Shown here in pieces: positions 17,418-25,241 of a DNA stretch of 64,000 nt. This DNA comes from a virus (lineage: Duplodnaviria > Caudoviricetes), in the IMG/VR virus record IMGVR_UViG_3300032321_002024, positions 198,604 through 262,603 of that record, one strand, 5' to 3'. Positions within the stretch are counted from its first letter, which is position 1. Every line of letters starts with the position of its first letter. Position numbers and translations under genes: made by a program. The notes under the pieces are model-generated. The model ran no database searches. It was not told the origin of the DNA and saw only the letters and a list, made by a program, of their open reading frames with translations.

Positions 17418-19328
17418 TTATTTTTCAATAAATTGATTTGTATCAATTTCCTCAACTCTTTCTTGATATCTTTCTAATCTCTTTCTAAGTTGATTCATAT
17501 ACTTTTCTTTATCTTCATCACCGAATTTGATTTGTAATTGACCTTTTTCTTCAATTATATCTTCAATTCTTTTGATTTCAGAGTTTAATTTAGATTTAAG
17601 CATATCTCTGATTTCAAAAACAGTCAGTTCATATGTGAATTTATCAGTTAATCTTTCTTTTTCATTATCTACTTTAACTCCTAAAAGAAGGGCGTCAACT
17701 TCAGAAAGGTATTCAATGTCTTCTAAATCTTCTGGTTTATCACCAGTAATCTTATAAGTTTGTAATTGGAATTGAATTGGAATAGGTTCATCTTTATAAT
17801 CTAAAGTAAATAATTCTCTTAAAGCCCAATCATAATCAACCCAGTTACTCCATTCTTTTGAAAGAACATCATACCAAATTTGATTTCTGTATTCACCTGC
17901 TCTAATTATATCATCATCATCTCTATGATACCAGTTTGAATCGGCTCCTAATGCTTCACCATCACTATCTATACGATTGATAACTTCAACAGCATTTTGG
18001 TCATAAATAGAGTATCCATATGCTTCTGAATATACCGCGTCATCTGTGTGAATTGGTTCATCAATCCATTCATCATAAACAATATCATCACAATCTTCTG
18101 GATACCAAGAGTCCCTATTTCTACGAGAACCTGTTTCTACATAAGTTGCATAGTCTCTATTCAAATAAGAATCTGCCCAATCAGACCAAACTGCTTGATC
18201 ATGTGGAATTCTTCTATCATGCCACTCAGACCAAACACCAGATGCAATTTCTTCATAACTACCACCTGTATCATTTAAAATATATTGACCTTCGTAACTT
18301 TCATCTTCATCATCATCGTTGTAAAGAATTCCTTCGTTTGGATCAAATCTTCTAAAAGTATCCATATAAGGATATCTTCCGTAGTTTTTTGCTTTAACTT
18401 GAACCTCTAATGTGGCATTTTTTTCTTCACCTTCTATTGTTACATTAGTAAATGAGTGATGATTATTAGAAGATTTGTAAATCCAACCTTTTTCTTTAGC
18501 ATAATTTCTGAACTTTTCAACATCAGAATCCTTAATAGTATATTGTCTATCCATAAACCAACTGTCCTGTGCTGGATCTTTTCCATATATTTTAATTGAG
18601 CTTAACTTCCAAACTAAGGCTCTACCAATAATTTTATCATCTTCAACTAAGATAAGTAATTTACAAACATCCGGATTCTCGGTATAAATTCCAAACAACC
18701 CGGATTTTCTAGCCATACAAGAGTTACCTAAAGTTCCAGACATTTCTTTATAGTTATCAGCATTATACCAGTGATTTATATCTTCTCCAAAAACTTCCTC
18801 AAAATACTCACCTTGTTTTGATAAAGATGCTTTAAATTTATTAGTAAATTCTTCAATATCTTTTGGTGTATATTTACCTGGAAGAAGCGCGTTTATTAAC
18901 CTACCTAATTTAACATCGTTTCTTGATTTAGTTCCTAAATCATACTCCTTAAAAAGATGATTAACATCCGATTGACTAGTTTCCCCTTTTTCAATTTTAT
19001 TGATTAGTGTATTTAAAACACTTTGAATATGTTCATCCGATAATTTCATAGATTTGGCCCAATCAGTAAAGGATTTTTCTACATTCTTTTTTAAGTTTCT
19101 TAAAGTAGAACCTGAGATATATCCTTCTCTATCAGAAAGAGATATAAAAGTCATATCATTTTTAACATCTTTATATTCTAAATCAATTAAGTCTTTTGCT
19201 ATTTCAGATTGCTTTGATAACTTATTAAGAACATCTTTAAAATCTTTTACAAAGTAAACATAAGTTTCATTGATTAAACTTTCAAAAAGTAAATCATTTT
19301 CAATAAAAGAATTGTATCTTAAAATCAT
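17418..19328 (-). CDS. Large phage protein with NSCM/GRALVW/FMDR/PYMDTF motifs; tagged N-terminus
   Basis: Motif set seen in uncharacterised phage proteins; N-term MILRYNSFIE..LFES; late motif at 19333-41. Confidence 0.75.
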   Translation of the reverse strand: MILRYNSFIENDLLFESLINETYVYFVKDFKDVLNKLSKQSEIAKDLIDLEYKDVKNDMTFISLSDREGYISGSTLRNLKKNVEKSFTDWAKSMKLSDEHIQSVLNTLINKIEKGETSQSDVNHLFKEYDLGTKSRNDVKLGRLINALLPGKYTPKDIEEFTNKFKASLSKQGEYFEEVFGEDINHWYNADNYKEMSGTLGNSCMARKSGLFGIYTENPDVCKLLILVEDDKIIGRALVWKLSSIKIYGKDPAQDSWFMDRQYTIKDSDVEKFRNYAKEKGWIYKSSNNHHSFTNVTIEGEEKNATLEVQVKAKNYGRYPYMDTFRRFDPNEGILYNDDDEDESYEGQYILNDTGGSYEEIASGVWSEWHDRRIPHDQAVWSDWADSYLNRDYATYVETGSRRNRDSWYPEDCDDIVYDEWIDEPIHTDDAVYSEAYGYSIYDQNAVEVINRIDSDGEALGADSNWYHRDDDDIIRAGEYRNQIWYDVLSKEWSNWVDYDWALRELFTLDYKDEPIPIQFQLQTYKITGDKPEDLEDIEYLSEVDALLLGVKVDNEKERLTDKFTYELTVFEIRDMLKSKLNSEIKRIEDIIEEKGQLQIKFGDEDKEKYMNQLRKRLERYQERVEEIDTNQFIEK

Positions 19329-19380
19329 AATTTATATATTAAATTTCTTTACTTAAATTTATTTTATATATATTTGTATT

Positions 19381-19857
19381 ATGAATTTAAAAGAGCCTTT
19401 TGTTATGTTACTTGTTGGACCTACTTTATCCGGCAAGTCCACTTGGATAAGAAATAATTATCCTACTATAAATGTTATCTCTAGAGACGAAATAGTAATG
19501 GAGGTTGCTGGAACCAGAGATTACAATAAGGCATTTGAAACAGTCGACCAAAAATTAGTTGATAGAGTTTTAGCAGAAAGACTAACTGATGCTAATTTAA
19601 CTAAAACATCTACTATTGTTGATATGACAAATATGACAGTAAAAAGAAGATCTCAAACTTTGAGATATTTTGATGATAATTTTTATAAAATCGCTGTTGT
19701 TTTTCCTATACTTTCTGATGAGCAGTATCAAATGAGAAATATTGATAGAAATTCAAAAGAAAATAAATGGATACCACCATCGGTAATAAAATCAATGATA
19801 GATTCTTATCAAGAGCCTACATCCGATGAAGGATTTAGTAAAATTATTTTGTTGTAA
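19381..19857 (+). CDS. P-loop kinase (AAA_33/polynucleotide-kinase-like)
   Basis: LVGPTLSGKSTW, ISRDEI, DMTN, EPT.DEGF. Confidence 0.85.
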   Translation: MNLKEPFVMLLVGPTLSGKSTWIRNNYPTINVISRDEIVMEVAGTRDYNKAFETVDQKLVDRVLAERLTDANLTKTSTIVDMTNMTVKRRSQTLRYFDDNFYKIAVVFPILSDEQYQMRNIDRNSKENKWIPPSVIKSMIDSYQEPTSDEGFSKIILL

Positions 19858-19871
19858 AAACCCCTCAAATT

Positions 19872-19902
19872 TTTGTAAAATTGAATATTTATACTATCTT
19901 TG
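19872..19902 (+). promoter_or_regulatory. Bacteroidota sigma70-type promoter
   Basis: TTTG, 19-nt spacer, TATCTTTG. Confidence 0.7.
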
Positions 19903-19922
19903 TATAAATAATAAGGATATAT

Positions 19923-20273
19923 ATGATTTCTACTGAGCACGTAATTGATTTTGATAACTTAGTTTTAACAAGCAAAGAGGTATTCGAAGATTGGGAATAT
20001 CTTATTGTTGAAAACGATGGTTCTTACTCAGAAGAAGACCAGTATTTATACTTTGATTTCAAAGGAATTGAAGTTTGTATTGGATTTGAACTGACTATTA
20101 AAGGTTGGCATTGGTATCGACCTTCATCATATATGGAACCAGAAGATGGTGAAACTCATATCACAGATGTTGATATTGATGTAAATTATCTATTGGTTGC
20201 TGATGAAGAGGTAGTCATTGATAAAGATCTTAAAAAGACTTTATCAGATGTGGTAAAAAAATATTTAGATTAG
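19923..20273 (+). CDS. Hypothetical protein
   Basis: ORF after host-type promoter. Confidence 0.7.
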   Translation: MISTEHVIDFDNLVLTSKEVFEDWEYLIVENDGSYSEEDQYLYFDFKGIEVCIGFELTIKGWHWYRPSSYMEPEDGETHITDVDIDVNYLLVADEEVVIDKDLKKTLSDVVKKYLD

Positions 20274-20274
20274 T

Positions 20275-20589
20275 ATGAATAAAGTTTACTTTGACAAAGA
20301 AAAAAAGACTTGGTTTGTAAATGAGCCAGAAGACTTCTACTCTTTTAAGAGTGTTAATTGTGAAACTAACGAGGAACAAAATCAAATTATTTCCTGGACG
20401 CGAGGTTTTGATTTAAAAGACTATCCATATCACGTAAGAATGTATGATGTTGAAATAAAAGGAGTAAAATACTTTTTTTTAATGAAACCAAATGGTGTTC
20501 ATTATCTTATTGAATCAGAGGATCCAACAGCCTTAGAAAGACTAATCAATAATGAAAAAATATTTTTTGTTGGATATACTCTTAGTTGA
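20275..20589 (+). CDS. Hypothetical protein
   Basis: ORF in operon. Confidence 0.65.
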   Translation: MNKVYFDKEKKTWFVNEPEDFYSFKSVNCETNEEQNQIISWTRGFDLKDYPYHVRMYDVEIKGVKYFFLMKPNGVHYLIESEDPTALERLINNEKIFFVGYTLS

Positions 20590-20614
20590 TTTTAGTTTTT
20601 AATATATACCCTTA

Positions 20615-21484
20615 ATGAAAATAAGAAAATTAGGGGATTGGAAACCACGGGTTTTAGTTTTTCAGGGCTCACCAAGAGACCCTGAGACTTGTTCTGGTAT
20701 GGAGTCTAAGACTCATAAAGTAGTTGATTATATCATAAAAAAATGGTCACCTTTTATCAACTTTCAAGTTATAGATTTGGCTGTTAATCAATCAAAAAGA
20801 CCTATTATTCAACCATGTAAGGGATGTGTCTCTACATCTGGTGGATTCCATTGTCATTTCTCATGTTCTTGTTATTTCAAAGGTGATTCTGAAAAACCAG
20901 ATTTGTTAAAAGAAGAAGGAGTTTATCAACTCTTAAAAGAATGTGATGCTTTTATTATTGTTTCACCAATTCACTGGCATGCTTTGACTTCACAAATCAA
21001 ATTACTTTTTGATAGACTTGTTTGTGTTAATCAAACACTCACAATAGATGATGCTAAAAATTTAATGGGAGCTGACAATATAAAAAATGCGGAAATTACA
21101 GGTAAATTTGGCCGTTCAGGAGATTATAATCACTTATTTAGAAATCATTTAGAAGGAAAAGTTGCGGCTTTTTATGTTCATGGTGACGACGGGGCTAATG
21201 ATTATTCCGGCACAGAACTTCCACCATCATATGCTGATGTTTTAGATGATGGTTTCGGTCACAATCCAAAAAGTGTAGTAATGCCTTATGTTATGCAATT
21301 AAAATACTCTGGAATATTTGTTCCAGATGAATTAATAGAAGCATTCTATGTTAATAGAGGAATAGACTATAACACAGCAAATAAAACATTCAAAAAAACT
21401 AAAGAATTTTTTGAAAGAGCTGATAATCTTTTAGAGAATTTATTAACTTATTTAGAAGAGAACGTTTATACAACAGAAATTTAG
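20615..21484 (+). CDS. Flavodoxin-fold/iron-sulfur flavoprotein (NADPH-dependent FMN reductase family)
   Basis: FQGSPR, IQPCKGC...CHFSCSC, DAFIIVSPIHW, KLLFDRL. Confidence 0.85.
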   Translation: MKIRKLGDWKPRVLVFQGSPRDPETCSGMESKTHKVVDYIIKKWSPFINFQVIDLAVNQSKRPIIQPCKGCVSTSGGFHCHFSCSCYFKGDSEKPDLLKEEGVYQLLKECDAFIIVSPIHWHALTSQIKLLFDRLVCVNQTLTIDDAKNLMGADNIKNAEITGKFGRSGDYNHLFRNHLEGKVAAFYVHGDDGANDYSGTELPPSYADVLDDGFGHNPKSVVMPYVMQLKYSGIFVPDELIEAFYVNRGIDYNTANKTFKKTKEFFERADNLLENLLTYLEENVYTTEI

Positions 21485-21509
21485 ACTTATTAGAAATAAT
21501 ATATAACCT

Positions 21510-22016
21510 ATGAAAATTAGAAGATTTACTGAAGAAGCTGGATTTGACGATGAAGAAATGAAATCTCAGTATGAGATTCCTAACCTAATGGGTGAGTTCG
21601 AACCCGATAGTCCTACTTTAAGACCTTTTTATAGACACTCTAATAAAATCAATACTGAGAGTGAGTTAAAAAAACTTATTTATAGATTTCCTATTATTGA
21701 AAGATTTAAAAAAGATTATAAAAGATTTGAAGGTTCACTTTTAACTTCATTCTATGCAACTTCTAAAGAACCAATAGATGATGCTGAGTTTTATGCTCAA
21801 TTATCTTTTGCTTATCACGATGAACAATATTATATTGGAACTGTATTAAGAAATATAGAAGACCATGAAAATGAAGATGAGTGGGTCAGACATACTTTTT
21901 TCTTTGATACTTTAGATGAAACATTCAAAATTGCAGAAGCATTTGTTCAAGTCTGTAAAAAGTTAAATATCATTGATAGTAGTGACTTACTACCTTTTAC
22001 TCCTAAATTAAATTAA
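21510..22016 (+). CDS. Hypothetical protein with tag-like N-terminus (MKIRRFTEE)
   Basis: Late motif at 21497-505. Confidence 0.7.
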   Translation: MKIRRFTEEAGFDDEEMKSQYEIPNLMGEFEPDSPTLRPFYRHSNKINTESELKKLIYRFPIIERFKKDYKRFEGSLLTSFYATSKEPIDDAEFYAQLSFAYHDEQYYIGTVLRNIEDHENEDEWVRHTFFFDTLDETFKIAEAFVQVCKKLNIIDSSDLLPFTPKLN

Positions 22017-22038
22017 TTTTAATTTTTTTCACTAAAAA

Positions 22039-22070
22039 TTTGGCAGAACCACATTCTTGACTTATCTTTG
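22039..22070 (+). promoter_or_regulatory. Sigma70-type promoter for tRNA-Tyr
   Basis: TTTG, 20-nt spacer, TATCTTTG. Confidence 0.75.
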
Positions 22071-22083
22071 TATTCACAAACAT

Positions 22084-22171
22084 GGGGAAGTTCCAGAGCG
22101 GCAAATGGAGTTACGTTGTAACGTGACTGGTCTCAAATGATCTTCGTAGGTTCGAGTCCTAACCTTTCCCA
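22084..22171 (+). tRNA. tRNA-Tyr(GTA) with atypical anticodon arm
   Basis: GGGGAAG/CTTTCCC acceptor, long variable arm; anticodon arm GTTACG-TTGTAA-CGTGAC. Confidence 0.7.
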
Positions 22172-22188
22172 CAAAAAAATAAAAAAGA

Positions 22189-22306
22189 TTTGGTAGATTA
22201 AAATATTCTTCTTATCTTTGTAAAACAAATCAGAAACGTCTGATATAAGTTAAACAAAAAATCTTTACATAAGATTTGGTAGATTGAAAAACTTTACTTA
22301 TCTTTG
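22189..22306 (+). promoter_or_regulatory. Two tandem near-identical sigma70 promoters (rrn-like)
   Basis: TTTG-20-TATCTTTG at 22189-22220 and 22275-22306, each within AAGATTTGGTAGATT...CTTATCTTTGTAAAACAAA. Confidence 0.8.
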
Positions 22307-22342
22307 TAAAACAAAATTGAAATAAAGAGTATAAAAATATAT

Positions 22343-22415
22343 CGCGGGGTAGAGCAGTTGGAAGCTCGCAAGGCTCATAACCTTGAGGTCACTGGTTCGA
22401 GTCCAGTCTCCGCTA
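22343..22415 (+). tRNA. Initiator tRNA-fMet(CAT)
   Basis: CGCGGGG start with C1:U72 mismatch; CAAGG-CTCATAA-CCTTG. Confidence 0.9.
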
Positions 22416-22440
22416 CAAAAGAGTTCTCAACGGAGAACAA

Positions 22441-22452
22441 CGTTCTTTGAAA
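22441..22452 (+). promoter_or_regulatory. boxA-like antitermination element
   Basis: CGTTCTTTGAAA resembles rrn boxA (GTTCTTTGAAAA type). Confidence 0.5.
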
Positions 22453-22459
22453 TATTGTC

Positions 22460-23294
22460 TTTAACAGTCGGTTTCGGCTGACTGTGAAAAGAAGGGCGGC
22501 TTATAGTCCTTAAAATAAACTTCGAAAGGAGGATAAAGTGAATCCAAAGCAAAATGGATTTGCGTCTTGAAAGTTCTTCGGAACAATTGAGGTCGAGTAA
22601 GCAAGTGGGATACCACAAATTCTGAGTAGTCGAGGGTAACACTGTAGACCAAATGAGTTTGTGACCAGGCAATTGTAGATTGTTTGGTTGACCTCGGAAG
22701 AGGAATAGGAATAACCCATAGGTCTGTTGCGAGAAGTGTTGACTCACCGGTCTTCATCATTGCGGAGTCCAACTTAAGAGGTGTCTTAAAGTTGAAAGAC
22801 AATCAAGTGTACGGGTGGTGCTGTTACTTGACACTCTACTCTCTACCAGGAGAGTTGTTGTGAAGATATCTTAAAAAGTTGTGATGGAGGCATCACACGG
22901 AGTTGTCCAGTATTCCTGAGTTCAAAAGATTTGGGAGCTGAAAGGTAACCACAACTTCGACAAAATCTACAAAGCACTACAATTTAAATGTAAAAACTTA
23001 AATCGAAAGTGTTACCTAGTTACTGGTGAAAGGTACCTACTTAGTCGTGAGTGTTCACGGCCACTGAAGCTCGAAAGGCTGATGTGATTTCATCGAAAAG
23101 CTTATAGAGGGTCGAACCTCGAGTCAGCTCGCAAGGTTGAGTAAGTGGATTAAATGGAGAGTAATTAGTAACTTAAGGAGTGGTTAGTCTAACTAACCGG
23201 TATTGGCAGAATACTTCTCAAAAGGGAGTGGATAAGAAGGGAAACCATAATCTAACAAAAGTTCTGTCGTAATAAGGTGTAATCTCAACCTTTT
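22460..23294 (+). ncRNA. Large structured ncRNA (~830 nt), GOLLD-like candidate
   Basis: No + strand ORF; visibly more G/C-rich than flanks; UUCG/GNRA hairpins; long-range helix; flanked by tRNAs. Family assignment is inference. Confidence 0.65.
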
Positions 23295-23435
23295 CTGGTC
23301 GGTTCATTGGAACCATTGAGAGCAAGACTCAAACCGACCACGAAGTTTTCGTAGTGGTTAACTTTTCCCTTTAATTAGGGGGTCTACTGAAATGAGTAAG
23401 TAGGGTGGGTACCAAACCCCATACTAAAAAAACTT

Positions 23436-23540
23436 GGCCCGTTCGTCTAGTGGACTCTTAAAAGAGATACAGAAATTTGTGAACGTAGAGGACGCCTAAC
23501 TTTTCATTAGGATACAGAGGTTCGAATCCTCTACGGGCTG
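23436..23540 (+). tRNA. tRNA-Glu-like element with ~30-nt D-loop insertion and aberrant anticodon arm (possible pseudo-tRNA)
   Basis: GGCCCGT/ACGGGCT acceptor; AGAGG-TTCGAAT-CCTCT T-arm; CCTAA-CTTTTCA-TTAGG. Confidence 0.55.
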
Positions 23541-23555
23541 CAACAATCGAATAAT

Positions 23556-23586
23556 AAAAAACCTATCAAATTTGGTAGGTTTTTTT
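23556..23586 (+). terminator. Intrinsic terminator
   Basis: ACCTATCA-AATT-TGGTAGGT plus T-tract. Confidence 0.7.
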
Positions 23587-23588
23587 AT

Positions 23589-23662
23589 GGTCTTTTAACT
23601 CAGTTGGTTAGAGTATCTCGCTCATAACGAGAGAGTCGTAGGTTCGAGTCCTACAAGGACCA
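23589..23662 (+). tRNA. tRNA-CAT (Ile2 or elongator Met)
   Basis: GGTCTTT/AAGGACC paired acceptor; TCTCG-CTCATAA-CGAGA. Confidence 0.88.
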
Positions 23663-23689
23663 CTATTAATGAATTAAATAGTAGGTAAA

Positions 23690-24199
23690 ATGAATATTGA
23701 AATTGAAAGAAAATACCTTTTAAAGGCAATACCAAAAGGAGAACCAATTGAAACCATTGAGATATTTCAATGGTATTTGAAGAATTCAGAAGGCATCTGG
23801 GAAAGAGCTCGTTCTTGTTACTCTGATGTAAAGGGATTCTATTTTGTTCATACAATCAAAAAAAATATAGCACCTGGTATAAACGAAGAAGATGAAAAAA
23901 CAATCTCTTCAGAAGATTTTAATCAGTTTGTTGAGCGGTGTAAAATATCTCAATCAAAATATATTTCTAAAGAAAGACTAATTTACCCAGATGGTGATTT
24001 AAAATGGGAAGTTGATGTTTTCAATAATGGACATCATCTTATTGTTGCTGAAATTGAAGTTCCGTCTATGGAATATGAAGTAAAAATTCCTAAATTTATT
24101 AATGATAGGTTACTTATGGAAGTTACCGGAATGAAACAATTTGGTAATAGAAATTTATCAAATAAATATGTTAACAAAAATCAAACATTTAATACTTGA
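23690..24199 (+). CDS. CYTH-domain protein (triphosphate tunnel metalloenzyme)
   Basis: EIERKYL, KER, WEVDVF, AEIE, EVTG. Confidence 0.85.
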   Translation: MNIEIERKYLLKAIPKGEPIETIEIFQWYLKNSEGIWERARSCYSDVKGFYFVHTIKKNIAPGINEEDEKTISSEDFNQFVERCKISQSKYISKERLIYPDGDLKWEVDVFNNGHHLIVAEIEVPSMEYEVKIPKFINDRLLMEVTGMKQFGNRNLSNKYVNKNQTFNT

Positions 24200-24213
24200 G
24201 TAATATAATTTCT

Positions 24214-24804
24214 ATGAAACAGAAATTAGAACTCAGAATGTATGGTCTTGTTCCATACAACATTTCACCAATACAACAAGCAATTCAATACGGACATGCC
24301 GTAGTTGAATATGGTCAGATGGTTAAAATGCCTCAATCATTAAGTAAAATGAATATTAATGCTAGTTGTGTCTATGATGATTGGGCTGATAACTGGAAAA
24401 CATTTATTATCTTAAATGGTGGCACTACAAATCATAGAAGTGGTGATGATGGATTACCTTTCGGATCACTTAATAATCATGTTTTAACATTAGATGAAAA
24501 TAGAATTGATTTTGCAACTTTTAATGAACCAGACTTGGGTGACCAATTAACCGCTGTTGTGTTTATTGTTGATGAGCGTGTTTTTAATCGTAAAAAATAT
24601 CCTGACTTTGAAGATTGGGTTATTGAAAACTATGGTGAATTGATTCGTTCTGATTATTATACAACTTCATATATGTTGGCTCAAAAGATAAAAACATCCG
24701 AAAGTAAAAGTGATAAAAAAGTTTACGAAGAATGGATTAAATTTGTCGGTGGTAATAAGAATGTCTTTTTAAGAGACTTTCTAAAAAACTTTAAATTAGC
24801 CTAA
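24214..24804 (+). CDS. Phage Pth2-like peptidyl-tRNA hydrolase (ORF track starts at 24196)
   Basis: IQQAIQYGHAVVEY, TFIILNGG, FNEPDLGDQLTAV. Confidence 0.65.
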   Translation: MKQKLELRMYGLVPYNISPIQQAIQYGHAVVEYGQMVKMPQSLSKMNINASCVYDDWADNWKTFIILNGGTTNHRSGDDGLPFGSLNNHVLTLDENRIDFATFNEPDLGDQLTAVVFIVDERVFNRKKYPDFEDWVIENYGELIRSDYYTTSYMLAQKIKTSESKSDKKVYEEWIKFVGGNKNVFLRDFLKNFKLA

Positions 24805-25218
24805 ATGAGGTGGTTTAAAATAGGTGATGATAGTTTTACTGCTAGAGATTTAAGTATTCAATATTCAATTGATACTGCTAATAATACTTTTGGATATGCC
24901 AAAATGGTTCAAAGTAATGGGCAAACAATTGATATAACTATATCTGTTGATTATAATCAAAATAACAAAGATTACTTTTTTAATCTCTTTGATAAAAGAA
25001 ATCAGATGTTGTCTGCTTCTGAGTATAAATTTTCAATATCATCTACTGGATTTTTAGCACACGGTTGTATTATCAGATCAATCACTACAGATCCAACTAC
25101 AAAATTAATTGTTATGGAGATTATTAGTGATTATTCAATTGTCAAACCCTTTGATGAAAGAAGAGATGAAATTATTGATGAAATACTAAATGAAACTTAT
25201 AAAAATAATAACATATAA
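24805..25218 (+). CDS. Hypothetical protein with C-terminal RRDEIIDEIL tag
   Basis: ORF in operon. Confidence 0.65.
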   Translation: MRWFKIGDDSFTARDLSIQYSIDTANNTFGYAKMVQSNGQTIDITISVDYNQNNKDYFFNLFDKRNQMLSASEYKFSISSTGFLAHGCIIRSITTDPTTKLIVMEIISDYSIVKPFDERRDEIIDEILNETYKNNNI

Positions 25219-25241
25219 TAAAAAGATAAAAATAACACTTT

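Noticed and set aside
22170-22320. Repeated ~45-nt sequence as a possible CRISPR array
   Set aside because: Only two copies, each a TTTG-N20-TATCTTTG promoter; no spacer series or cas genes.
22427-22802. Three minus-strand ORFs (22427-22747, 22461-22802, 22510-22719)
   Set aside because: Mutually overlapping, antisense to a + strand tRNA/ncRNA transcription unit, no recognisable domains; explained by the higher GC of the structured RNA.
22460-23294. Large RNA as RNase P, tmRNA, rRNA or a self-splicing intron
   Set aside because: No GAGGAAAGUCC RNase P core, no tRNA-Ala-like tmRNA ends, no recognisable rRNA signatures, and no interrupted host gene flanking it; a covariance-model search is still needed to exclude these formally.
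23556-23662. Second leader-peptide attenuator before tRNA-CAT
   Set aside because: A terminator precedes the tRNA, but I found no leader ORF or antiterminator; readthrough is more simply explained by boxA-type antitermination or leakiness.
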